Shown here: in pieces, positions 19,723 through 28,908 of the stretch
Numbering within the stretch: position 1 is the first letter of the stretch
Layout of the letters: each line of letters begins with the position of its first letter
Notes under the pieces: model-generated
Told to the model about the DNA's origin: nothing
Database searches by the model: none
What the model saw: only the letters and a program-made list of their open reading frames with translations
Program-made: the position numbers and the translations under genes
Sequence record: SRR2962707_868
DNA length: 38,955 bases
Reading direction: 5' to 3' (one strand)

Positions 19723-19767
19723 TAGATTTGTCAATAGCAAGGCGAATAAAACTGACATCATAATCCC

Positions 19768-20136
19768 ATGGCAAAGTTTATCCTTCCAATAATCTTCCTC
19801 TCACTCTTCAACTGCATCCCAAAGAAAAAACCTCTACCCGATCCACTGGAAGCAGGATGGAACGATCAGCCGGTGTGTGAAGTGCTGGAAGAGAATGATA
19901 AAATGCGTGCACTGAGGTGTACCTTCCCGCCGGGCATGGGTCATGAGCGGCACTATCATGCAGAGCATTTCGGATATACCATCAAGGGCAGCACTTTTAG
20001 AATCACAGATGCCTCAGGTACCAGGGAAGTCAATGTTCCCACTGGTAGCAGCTTTTACAACGAAAAGATTGAATGGCATGAAGTTCTGAATATAGGTGAT
20101 AGTACAGCGGTATTCCTGATTCTGGAACCGAAGTAG
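19768..20136 (+). CDS. Cupin-domain lipoprotein
   Basis: Signal peptide ending SLFN|C. Cupin motifs FPPGMGHERHYH...KG and WHEVLNIG. Confidence 0.8.
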   Translation: MAKFILPIIFLSLFNCIPKKKPLPDPLEAGWNDQPVCEVLEENDKMRALRCTFPPGMGHERHYHAEHFGYTIKGSTFRITDASGTREVNVPTGSSFYNEKIEWHEVLNIGDSTAVFLILEPK

Positions 20137-20145
20137 GAGAATAAG

Positions 20146-20577
20146 CTACTCCTTCCCATTATAGTTAACGAAGACTTTATCCAGAATGCTGATCAATGTC
20201 TCGTATTCCTGCTCTGAGAGGTCAGTCCATCCCAGCTTCCTGGATTCTTCTACCGCAGGCGTAGCTTTTCGAATCACATTGTTTCCCTTCGGTGTGATAC
20301 GTACATGATACTTTCTTCCATCGGTTTTGTCACGCACCCGCTCCACCAGCTTTTTCTTTACCAGCAGATCTACGATCCGGGAGACTGTCGGTTTATCCCG
20401 AAAGCTCATATTCGCCAGGTCTGTCTGGTACATGTCCTGCTCCCCTATCTTAGACAAAATCACCCATTGCTCCGGAGTGATATTTACTTTCTTTTCTTTA
20501 AAACGACTGATTAGATCATGTCGAACAACTTTGTAGGTGCGGTCTATAAATGACCCTATTTCTTTGTAGTCTGGCAT
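20146..20577 (-). CDS. MarR family transcriptional regulator
   Basis: ITPEQWVIL, QTDLA...DKPTVSRIVDLL and DGRKYHVRITPKG (winged helix). Confidence 0.93.
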   Translation of the reverse strand: MPDYKEIGSFIDRTYKVVRHDLISRFKEKKVNITPEQWVILSKIGEQDMYQTDLANMSFRDKPTVSRIVDLLVKKKLVERVRDKTDGRKYHVRITPKGNNVIRKATPAVEESRKLGWTDLSEQEYETLISILDKVFVNYNGKE

Positions 20578-20706
20578 GGGGCTCTAAAGATATTTAATTT
20601 ACCGTATGTCCGAAATGACCGTTTATTGAAAAAAATCAAACAAAGGTTGTTATGGGTACTAAAAGCTCAATAACTAAGTTATTTTTGAGTTAATCAACTG
20701 CATAGC

Positions 20707-23400
20707 TTGAAAAAAGTTTTAATCATTATATCCATTTTACTGCTGGTTGGAGCAGGATACTTCACCTATGAGAAATGGGTAAAGCATGCAAACCTCACGA
20801 TTTGGAGCTTTGTACCCGCGGATGCCGCCATGGTGCTGGAAGGTGAGGTCATGAAAGACCTTCAGACGCTTCAGGGGTATACGGCATGGTCGATCGTTGA
20901 ACAATCCACCGGTTTTGAAAACTTTAGAAATGGTCTCTCTTTCCTGGACTCCATCAATGGTGAAGGAGGATTCAGAGCGGTTTTTGAAAAAGCACCTGTT
21001 CTGACGTCTGTTCATAAGGTCTCCAGCGATGACCTTGATTTTTTATTCATAGTCGAACTTCAAAACATCTCACAAAACACATTTGCAAATGCGGCCATTG
21101 GCCGACTTCAAAAACAGGGTTATCGCTTTAAAACCCGAAACTATAATGACTTCAAAATCAGTGAGATCAGCAGTGAAGGAAAGACACTTACCTTCATCTT
21201 CTACAAAAATTTTTTCCTGGCAAGCTTTACCCCTTACCTCATCGAGGACGCTATTCGGGTGATCAGTGATTCAGAGTTGCCTTCATTTAAAGAGAAGTTT
21301 AGTGAATTGAATGATACAGGCACACAAGGGGTCGCTACCATTCATATGAATTATGAAAAAGCCGGTGAACTACTAGGAGCATTCACCCCCCAGGACCAGG
21401 GTTTTTCCATGACAGCCGGTAATTATGAGCTTATGCTGGATTCTTCATTCCTGCAGTTTTCGGGCTTTTCCTATGCAACAAAAAACGGCTGGATGGATAC
21501 GCATGATGAGCAGCCCACCACATTTGATATGGCAGAAGTGATTCCTGAAAACACTGCTCATTTATTACATATCACCTCCTCCAATATGACCGGATGGAAG
21601 GACAAGCAAATTTCCTATGTGAGATCGAAGTACCCCGATGTTAAAAATTTGCAAGACTCGCTGAAGTCTCAATATGATTTTAATGTGGACCAGGTTTTTG
21701 ATCTGATAGATGAGGAGATCGGTGTGGCAACACTGGAATCACCGAGGGCACGAGACAAGCAAAAGCTGATGATTTTGGAAGTTAACAACATACAGGAATC
21801 ATTGGATTTTTTTGGTCAGCTTACACAGCGAATTGCCCTTGCAAGAGGAGATTCTGTCTATTCCGAATCTTATAGCGACAATGAAATTCGATTCCTGGCA
21901 ATTCGGAATTTTCCATCTACCCTGCTCGGAGATATGGCAGATGGCTTTGACCAGTGTTTTTATATTAGCTACAGAAACTACCTGATCTTTTCCAATGATC
22001 TGCAGGAGCTAAAAAACCTCATCGCGTCAGTGCAAGAGGAAGATACCTGGGGTAAATCCATTCAAATGAATGACTTTTTCAGTCGAACGAATAATGCAGC
22101 GAATGTCAGCCTGTTTGTAAATGTGCCTCGTGCCTGGGATAATATTTCCTCTGCCCTGAAGTCCGAATGGCAAGAACATTTCAAGCAAAATACAAACACC
22201 TACAGATCCATTGAACTGGCTGCTTTTCAATACAGCTACGTGGATGGGCAGTATTTTACCAATTACACCTTTACCCAGCCAGTGAGAAGGAGATCAAGCA
22301 TACCTAAAACCAATGCCGAAAATGGCGTTCGATTTGTGAGTACTCTCACCACTAAACCTTACCTCGTTCGAACACATGCGCACAAGGATTTTGACATCAT
22401 TCTACAGGATAGCACCAATACGGTCTATTACATGGATCCGAATCAAAATGCGCTTTGGTCTGAAAACATTGAGGAGCAAATTGTCAGTGAAATCCACGCC
22501 ATAGATTATTATAAAAATGGTAAGATCCAGTATCTCTTCGCGACTGCTTCGAAGGTATTTATGATTGATCGCACCGGAGCAGCCATCCCTGGCTATCCAA
22601 AAGCGCTTCCATCCACACCTACCATTGAACACCTAAATCTGATCGATTATGATCGAAGTAGAAACTACCGACTGGCCATCACCGATGCAAACGGTAATAT
22701 TTATCTCACCGATAAGGATCTGAAATTACTTGATGGCTGGAATCCAAGAAAAATGAATAGAGACGCACTTGTTCCGATGGATCATGCCCGGTTGGGCAGG
22801 ACGGATGTTATGGTATCGCTGCAGCAGAATGGTGTCATCAACCTGATGAACAGACGGGGTGAAAACATGCGAGGATTTCCATTTGAGACAAAGCAGACAA
22901 TCAGCAAAAACTATTTTCTGCGTCAGTCCAGCTCCCTTGGCAATTCGTCACTTACGGTCATATCTGAGGGAGGAGAGCTGACTGAAATCACATTGGAAGG
23001 TGGTGTGATCAAGCGGGATCAATTAATCAAAACCAGTGCAGATACGAAGTTTCAACTGATACCGGATACCGGAAAGGAATCCTTTATCATCATCCGAAAT
23101 GAAGGAAACACGTATGAGGTACTGGATGATACCGGCAATCTCCTTTTCAAGAAAGATTACTTATCCCAGGGGCCTATCCTTGTCCAATACTATCAATTTG
23201 GTGCGGGTAAAGATTTGGTGATCTTCACCGATGTACAGAATAAGGCGCTTTACATCTATGATAAATCCGGCAATCTGATCACTGGTAATCCGCTCAACTC
23301 TGAGCATGAGGTGAGCTTGATCTACTCCAGCGCAAAAAGAGAGTTCCAGGTCTTCACCACCTGGGGTGAAAGCCTGGAACTTTATACATTCAGCTATTGA
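20707..23400 (+). CDS. Large membrane-anchored hypothetical protein (DUF3352-like N-terminal part, probable beta-propeller C-terminal part)
   Basis: 897-aa ORF with TTG start and an N-terminal TM helix. The C-terminal third has beta-rich repeats (IDYYKNGK, PGYPK, IDYDRSRNY, RGFPF). A -7 element TATTTTTG sits at 20680-20687. The DUF label is from recall. Confidence 0.7.
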   Translation: MKKVLIIISILLLVGAGYFTYEKWVKHANLTIWSFVPADAAMVLEGEVMKDLQTLQGYTAWSIVEQSTGFENFRNGLSFLDSINGEGGFRAVFEKAPVLTSVHKVSSDDLDFLFIVELQNISQNTFANAAIGRLQKQGYRFKTRNYNDFKISEISSEGKTLTFIFYKNFFLASFTPYLIEDAIRVISDSELPSFKEKFSELNDTGTQGVATIHMNYEKAGELLGAFTPQDQGFSMTAGNYELMLDSSFLQFSGFSYATKNGWMDTHDEQPTTFDMAEVIPENTAHLLHITSSNMTGWKDKQISYVRSKYPDVKNLQDSLKSQYDFNVDQVFDLIDEEIGVATLESPRARDKQKLMILEVNNIQESLDFFGQLTQRIALARGDSVYSESYSDNEIRFLAIRNFPSTLLGDMADGFDQCFYISYRNYLIFSNDLQELKNLIASVQEEDTWGKSIQMNDFFSRTNNAANVSLFVNVPRAWDNISSALKSEWQEHFKQNTNTYRSIELAAFQYSYVDGQYFTNYTFTQPVRRRSSIPKTNAENGVRFVSTLTTKPYLVRTHAHKDFDIILQDSTNTVYYMDPNQNALWSENIEEQIVSEIHAIDYYKNGKIQYLFATASKVFMIDRTGAAIPGYPKALPSTPTIEHLNLIDYDRSRNYRLAITDANGNIYLTDKDLKLLDGWNPRKMNRDALVPMDHARLGRTDVMVSLQQNGVINLMNRRGENMRGFPFETKQTISKNYFLRQSSSLGNSSLTVISEGGELTEITLEGGVIKRDQLIKTSADTKFQLIPDTGKESFIIIRNEGNTYEVLDDTGNLLFKKDYLSQGPILVQYYQFGAGKDLVIFTDVQNKALYIYDKSGNLITGNPLNSEHEVSLIYSSAKREFQVFTTWGESLELYTFSY

Positions 23401-23926
23401 TCACCTTACTGGTGACCAGCTGAAATCCACCAGGATACGCTTTATTTGATGTTACCTTCAGCTGAGTAGATCCTTCATAATCACCGAAAAGCCGAACGCC
23501 ACCTCCCAGAATAATCGGGTTCACTTTTAACTTAAGTTCATCAATCATTCCATTTTCCATCAGCCATCCGGCAAACATGCCTCCTCCACATAGGTAAATA
23601 TCACTACCTATCTCGCTCTTTAGCTCACGAATGATACCAAGATCCATTGGTACCACTTTCACTTGTCCATGTGCATTTTCCAGTTCGAGTGTATTTGAAA
23701 AGACAAAGTGCTCCATATGAGGATATGCAGGCTGCCCAGGTTCTAAACCATACTGATAGCCAAACTCATACGTATTTCTTCCCATAATGACCGTGTCAAA
23801 ACACTCCAGGTCATATTGGTATTGCTCCAATATCTCACCTTCATTAGCAAACCTGCTAACATCACCTTCTCTTCCGGATATATAACCATCTAAAGAGGTA
23901 GCTACATAGTAAACAATCTTTCTCAT
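23390..23926 (-). CDS. Dihydrofolate reductase/RibD C-terminal family protein
   Basis: YVATSLDGYI, VIMGRNTYE, IYLCGGG and IDEL...PIILGGGVRLF. The start is the ATG at 23926, 10 nt after the MATE stop. Confidence 0.9.
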   Translation of the reverse strand: MRKIVYYVATSLDGYISGREGDVSRFANEGEILEQYQYDLECFDTVIMGRNTYEFGYQYGLEPGQPAYPHMEHFVFSNTLELENAHGQVKVVPMDLGIIRELKSEIGSDIYLCGGGMFAGWLMENGMIDELKLKVNPIILGGGVRLFGDYEGSTQLKVTSNKAYPGGFQLVTSKVINS

Positions 23927-23936
23927 AGTCCCGTGT

Positions 23937-25343
23937 TTAAACTTCAACGGTTTTCCATTTGCCCCTTTTGAAGAGAACAATCGCAATCACCGCATACAGA
24001 CTATGACAGAATGCGATGCAGAAAAAGACTCCATCAGCACCCCAATCGTTTAAGACAGACAGATAGTACGATAGTGGGATTTGAATAGCCCAAAACACTA
24101 CTATATTAATCCACAATGGTGTAAGCGTATCTCCGGCACCATTAAACGCCTGGCCAATGACCATCCCATAGGCAAAGAAAATATAACCGAAGCATATAAT
24201 CCTGAGCGCACTTTTAGCCGTCTCGAGTACAATACCGGATTGGTCAAAGATGCCGAGCACCTGGTCTGCAAAAATGGAAAACACAATTGCCACAGAAACT
24301 AGAAATATCGTATTCCATTTAGCCGTTCGCCAAACCGAGGTTTCTGCACGATCAGGTTTTTTAGCACCTAGATTTTGCCCCACCAGTGTTGCAGCAGCAT
24401 TTGCCATTCCAAATGACGGCAGAAGCGTGAACACGATCACCCGAAACGAGAGTTGATAACCAGCTACCGCTTCAGTGCCAAACTCTGCTACAATTCGTAC
24501 CAGGAAAAGCCAGCTTAAAGTCTCAACCAAGAATTGACCTATTCCGGCTGATCCAATCTTAATGATTTCAACGACTGTTTTGATTCGAATCACAAAGTTT
24601 TTGATTGTAAGCCTGATCAGTGAACTGCCATTGAAAATATGGACAAGCTGGTAAACCACACCTATGGATCGACCTGTGGTCGTGGCGATAGCTGCTCCTT
24701 CCACACCCATGGCAGGAATTGGCCCCAGACCAAAGATGAAGATAGGATCGAGGACAATATTCAGAAGATTGGCTAAAAGCAGTGACTTCATCGCGATGGA
24801 TGCATTGCCAGCACCTCGAAAAACACCATTGATGAGAAATATCAAGATAATGCTCAGATTACCTGCATACATAATCTTCGTATAGCCAACCCCCTCTGCA
24901 ATAAGGTCGAGTTCCCCTCCCATCAGGGTTAGGATTTCCTCTGCGTAAATAAACCCGACTATACCAAATAAAACGCCGATTGTAATGGATATAAGTATCG
25001 CTTGAAAAGCAGCATCAGCAGCTCTAACTAACCTTTTTTCACCTACTCGTCGGGCAACTATAGCCGTGGCAGCCATACTTAGTCCGACAGCTAATGAATA
25101 TATAATCATCAGGGGTGTCTCAGTTAAAGCCACTGTGGCAATCGCGTTGACGCTGATACGGGAAACAAATATCATGTCCACGATGGCAAAAAGTGATTCA
25201 CCAATCATTTCTGCGATCATGGGAATTGATAATAGGATAATTGCACGATTGATACTACCAGTCGTGAATTCAGTTTCATTGCCCTTTAGGGCGGATATAA
25301 AGAGTTTGACAACTCTGGATAGAGAGAATGATTCTTTCGTCAT
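23937..25343 (-). CDS. MATE family efflux transporter
   Basis: LSIPM...VDMIFVSR, VARRVG, FRGAGN, LNIVLDPIFIFG, GAAIAT, LVGQNLGA and FNGAGDT. Confidence 0.95.
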   Translation of the reverse strand: MTKESFSLSRVVKLFISALKGNETEFTTGSINRAIILLSIPMIAEMIGESLFAIVDMIFVSRISVNAIATVALTETPLMIIYSLAVGLSMAATAIVARRVGEKRLVRAADAAFQAILISITIGVLFGIVGFIYAEEILTLMGGELDLIAEGVGYTKIMYAGNLSIILIFLINGVFRGAGNASIAMKSLLLANLLNIVLDPIFIFGLGPIPAMGVEGAAIATTTGRSIGVVYQLVHIFNGSSLIRLTIKNFVIRIKTVVEIIKIGSAGIGQFLVETLSWLFLVRIVAEFGTEAVAGYQLSFRVIVFTLLPSFGMANAAATLVGQNLGAKKPDRAETSVWRTAKWNTIFLVSVAIVFSIFADQVLGIFDQSGIVLETAKSALRIICFGYIFFAYGMVIGQAFNGAGDTLTPLWINIVVFWAIQIPLSYYLSVLNDWGADGVFFCIAFCHSLYAVIAIVLFKRGKWKTVEV

Positions 25344-25444
25344 TTCTAAATGAAATTAGATGTGTTGAACCGTGCACATAGCGTGACGGCCTAATAAATT
25401 GTTAAGAAATAAAAACGGATAGTTTGAGATACCCAGCCTTGGGG

Positions 25445-25498
25445 TTACCCTCGGATGCGTGAGGGTGTGGTATTTACAATCTCAGCGAATAGAATCAT
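25445..25498 (-). CDS. Putative 17-aa leader peptide MILFAEIVNTTPSRIRG upstream of MATE
   Basis: ATG 25498 to TAA 25445. It lies 7 nt downstream of a -7-like TACTATTG (25513-25506) and overlaps hairpins. Confidence 0.6.
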   Translation of the reverse strand: MILFAEIVNTTPSRIRG

Positions 25499-25781
25499 AA
25501 GGATGCAATAGTAGTGATTTTTTTCATTTTAATGGCACAAATCGGATAGGAAAATTTCAGAATTCAGTTGGATTTCTTTGTTTCCTTCAAAACTGTCTAC
25601 CTGCATACGTATCTCAAGTAAATTGGATTTTAAATAGGATTACTTAAAAAAACAGACCTCAATCCCCCGTTTTTCTAGTGATTAACCACGCAAAGAGGTT
25701 GATCCAATTTAAGTCCTCTCTCAACGATAATCTTCTTAAAATACAATTCATATCTATATAATTGATTATTTTGGCACCTTA

Positions 25782-26786
25782 ATGAAACACGACTACAGCC
25801 TGTTAGTAGAAAACCTAAAAGGAAGAAGGTACGATGAAGCCTTGCGCGAACCTGTGCTTTCAGATGCATTTCACCAATCCGGTTATTCGGATTGTCTGTT
25901 ATATGCATTGGAGTCGATGGTGGAAATAGATGCTTCCTACGCATATAAGGTCTATGCCAACTCCCGTCGTATTCATGAAATAGTAGCCAAATCACTTAAG
26001 CAAAGAGGCTATGATGTAGACTACCGGTATCAGGGTGCGCTAAAGACCTATTCCAATATTTTGTTGTACGGGGATGTGGAGATTATCGTGATCAAGAAGA
26101 ACCTATCGGAAAAGCCACATCAGGACATGCAAACGCTGGCTATGGATTTATTGGAGATTCTCAGGAAAGACCCAACGTTTAAGTCTGTGGATTACAGTGA
26201 CAAGACAAGAATCAGAATCACGGCTCAGAAACCAACTTGTGAGATTGACTTGCTTCCTTCCATGTGGATCAATAGCGCCGAATACCTAAAGACAAAGAAT
26301 GAAATCTATCGGGGAATTGCTGAGTTTGACTTTAAAAATAAAAAAGTAAAGAAGTACCTCCCCTTCCTGAATATTGCTCGAATCAATTCACGAGATCAAC
26401 ACACAAATGGAAACCTGAAGGCCATGTCACGGTTGCTAATGACTTTACGTGCGGACTCGGAAGAAAAAATAAACCTTCGTGATTCTGAGATAAACGCCAT
26501 TCTTTACAATATGCCGTTAGAAGAGCTTTCAGCACCAATGAATAAGATATTGATGCTTTTGCCTAAAGTTTCTGCGAGACTGGAAAAGCTTTCGACTGAT
26601 ACTGCATATTTCAGCCAGATGCTCTCTCCTGCAGAAAAGGATCGCGTATTTGCAGGGCGGCCTGAAAAGCAACAGGAAATACGTAAGTTAAACTCCTCAC
26701 TTTCCCTGCTGATATCTGACTTGAAAAATGACCTCAGTGCTCAGAACAAAGCATTAAGTTCTGAAATTCCGTATCTGGAAGCTTAA
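25782..26786 (+). CDS. Pol-beta superfamily nucleotidyltransferase, cGAS/DncV-like (CD-NTase/SMODS), degenerate active-site motif
   Basis: YRYQGALKTYSNILLYGDVEIIVI resembles the CD-NTase hQGS-x(n)-SDhD motif. A third acidic residue lies in EIDLLP, and the helical C-terminal lobe begins INSRD...GNLKAMSRLL. Confidence 0.65.
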   Translation: MKHDYSLLVENLKGRRYDEALREPVLSDAFHQSGYSDCLLYALESMVEIDASYAYKVYANSRRIHEIVAKSLKQRGYDVDYRYQGALKTYSNILLYGDVEIIVIKKNLSEKPHQDMQTLAMDLLEILRKDPTFKSVDYSDKTRIRITAQKPTCEIDLLPSMWINSAEYLKTKNEIYRGIAEFDFKNKKVKKYLPFLNIARINSRDQHTNGNLKAMSRLLMTLRADSEEKINLRDSEINAILYNMPLEELSAPMNKILMLLPKVSARLEKLSTDTAYFSQMLSPAEKDRVFAGRPEKQQEIRKLNSSLSLLISDLKNDLSAQNKALSSEIPYLEA

Positions 26787-28825
26787 ATCAAGCCGGCACG
26801 CTTCAGTAGTGCTTCCGGTGTTGGCTCCTGCCCTCTAAATCTCTTGTAAAGTTCCATCGGATGTTCTGTCCCTCCTTTGCTCAGGATATTTTCTTTGAGG
26901 GAAGTAGCGGTTTCCTTATCAAAAACACCATTCTTCTGAAACAACGAAAAAGCATCAGCATCCAATACCTCTGCCCACTTGTAGCTATAGTAGCCAGCCG
27001 CATATCCACCCGCAAAGATGTGCCCAAATTGAGCACTCATATTTGTTCCTTCCACTTTAGAAAATAGCTCTGTAGGTGCGAAAGCTTTGTCCTCAAAGGC
27101 TCCCACATCTGTAATTTTATTTGCCTCTTCAGGAGAAAGACTATGCCATGCCATATCAAGCAGTCCGAAACTAAGCTGACGGACCGTCGCATAAGCCTCA
27201 TGGTAAGTGGCTGATTTTTTTATTCGGTCGACCAAATCCTCCGGTATCAACTCTCCGGTTTTATAGTGTCTGGCAAACAAATCAAGGCATTCCTTTTCAT
27301 AGCACCAGTTTTCCATGATCTGCGATGGTAGTTCCACAAAATCCCAATAAACACTTGTTCCTGATAAACTCTGGTATGTTGTATCTGCCAACATACCGTG
27401 TAGCGCATGGCCAAATTCATGAAATAATGTGCTCACCTCGTCAAATTTCAGGAGCGATGGATGATTGGCTGACGATGGAGTGAAATTGCATACAATACTA
27501 ACCTGAGGAATCACACGCTTTCCATTCTGAATGTATTGATTTCGATAAGACGTCATCCACGCACCTCCACGCTTACCATCTCTTGGAAAAAAGTCTGCAA
27601 GAAACACAGCAATCACTTCCCCTTTCTCATCCTGAACCTCATAGGCTTTCACATCTTCATGATACACTTCCAGCTCCTCGCTTAGTCTGAATGTGATACC
27701 AAACAGTTTTTCGGCGGTTGTAAACACCCCATCTATCACATTTTCCAACTTAAAGAAGGGTTTTACCAGTTCATCATCCAATTCATACTTTTCCTTCCTC
27801 AGTTTTTCAGAATAGTATGCCCAGTCCCATCGCTGCAACTCAATATCATCACCTTGTGATTTTATAAAATTTCTGATTTCCTCTACCTCTTCTTTAGCTT
27901 TCGGCAAACTTTTTTCCAGCAAATCATTGAGAAACTCAATTACCTTTTCGGGTGATTCTGCCATTCGCTGCTCCAAAATGTAGTGCGCAAAAGTCGGATA
28001 GCCTAGCAAGGATGCCAGCTCTGCCTTCAGTCTGATGGTTTTAAGAATCAACTCCTGATTGTCCCGATCATCTCCTTTAAAACATTTTGTCATGAACGCT
28101 TTATATAGCTGCTCGCGTAACAATCGATTATCTGCATACTCCATGAATGGGATATAACTCGGTGCTTGCAGTGAGAATACCCATGCATCCGGTTTACTCT
28201 TTTTATTCGCCAGGTCTTTTGCCCGATCCTTTACATCATTTGGAAGCCCGGATAAATCATTTTCATCTTCAATAACCAATTCATATCCGTTTGTTTCGGC
28301 AAGGAGGTTCTCAGAAAAGGTTAAAGATATCTTTGACAGTTCAATGCTGATCTCTTTGAACCGTGCCTTTTTTTCACCCTCAAGCTCTACCCCTCTACGC
28401 ACAAAATCCAGATAGGTCTCATCCAGCAATTTTTCCTGCTCCTTCGTCAAATCAAGGGACTCCCGTTGCTGGTAGACAGCTTTAACCCGATCGAACAATT
28501 GCTCATTCTGTTTTACCTCGCTATTGAACGCCGAAAGTTTCGGAGAAATATCCTGTGCTATTTTTTGAAGTTCATCAGTGGTTTCTGCAGAATTCAGATT
28601 GAAAAGAATAGATGAATTGCGTTGGAGCTTTTCACCACTGTAGTCCAATGCTTCTATCGTATTATGAAAGGAAGGTGCCTCTTCATTGTTTATAATCTGA
28701 TTGATCTCCTCTTTCGCCTCCCCCAGTGCTTTCTCTATGGCTTCCGTGTAATCTGTCACAGAAATCCTTGAAAAAGGCGGTAATTCATATTTAGTTTGGA
28801 ATGATGATAAAAGCGGGTTTGACAT
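26783..28825 (-). CDS. M3 family metallopeptidase (peptidyl-dipeptidase Dcp/oligopeptidase A-like)
   Basis: MSNPLL, KRGGAWM, LFHEFGHALH, DFVELPSQIMENW and FGHIFAGGYAAGYYSYKWAEVLDAD. Confidence 0.96.
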   Translation of the reverse strand: MSNPLLSSFQTKYELPPFSRISVTDYTEAIEKALGEAKEEINQIINNEEAPSFHNTIEALDYSGEKLQRNSSILFNLNSAETTDELQKIAQDISPKLSAFNSEVKQNEQLFDRVKAVYQQRESLDLTKEQEKLLDETYLDFVRRGVELEGEKKARFKEISIELSKISLTFSENLLAETNGYELVIEDENDLSGLPNDVKDRAKDLANKKSKPDAWVFSLQAPSYIPFMEYADNRLLREQLYKAFMTKCFKGDDRDNQELILKTIRLKAELASLLGYPTFAHYILEQRMAESPEKVIEFLNDLLEKSLPKAKEEVEEIRNFIKSQGDDIELQRWDWAYYSEKLRKEKYELDDELVKPFFKLENVIDGVFTTAEKLFGITFRLSEELEVYHEDVKAYEVQDEKGEVIAVFLADFFPRDGKRGGAWMTSYRNQYIQNGKRVIPQVSIVCNFTPSSANHPSLLKFDEVSTLFHEFGHALHGMLADTTYQSLSGTSVYWDFVELPSQIMENWCYEKECLDLFARHYKTGELIPEDLVDRIKKSATYHEAYATVRQLSFGLLDMAWHSLSPEEANKITDVGAFEDKAFAPTELFSKVEGTNMSAQFGHIFAGGYAAGYYSYKWAEVLDADAFSLFQKNGVFDKETATSLKENILSKGGTEHPMELYKRFRGQEPTPEALLKRAGLI

Positions 28826-28858
28826 CTGGTTTAATCGTTATATTTCAAAAATGAACGG

Positions 28859-28889
28859 CAAAGGTAATTGCCACTGAGGATTACTTTTG
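28859..28889. promoter_or_regulatory. Back-to-back -7 promoter elements for the M3 peptidase (-) and MscS (+)
   Basis: CAAAGGTA at 28859-28866 (TACCTTTG on the minus strand) and TACTTTTG at 28882-28889. Both are exact TAnnTTTG matches. Confidence 0.65.
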
Positions 28890-28908
28890 CAAAGAAACAA
28901 CCTGACAT

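Noticed and set aside
20146-23400. MarR as regulator of the divergent 897-aa gene or of MATE
   Set aside because: Only an imperfect AT-rich palindrome near 20666-20689 was seen, which is not enough to assign a target.
25675-25995. 106-aa minus-strand ORF as a possible CBASS effector
   Set aside because: It is mostly antisense to the nucleotidyltransferase CDS and has no TM or effector motifs, so it is likely a shadow ORF.
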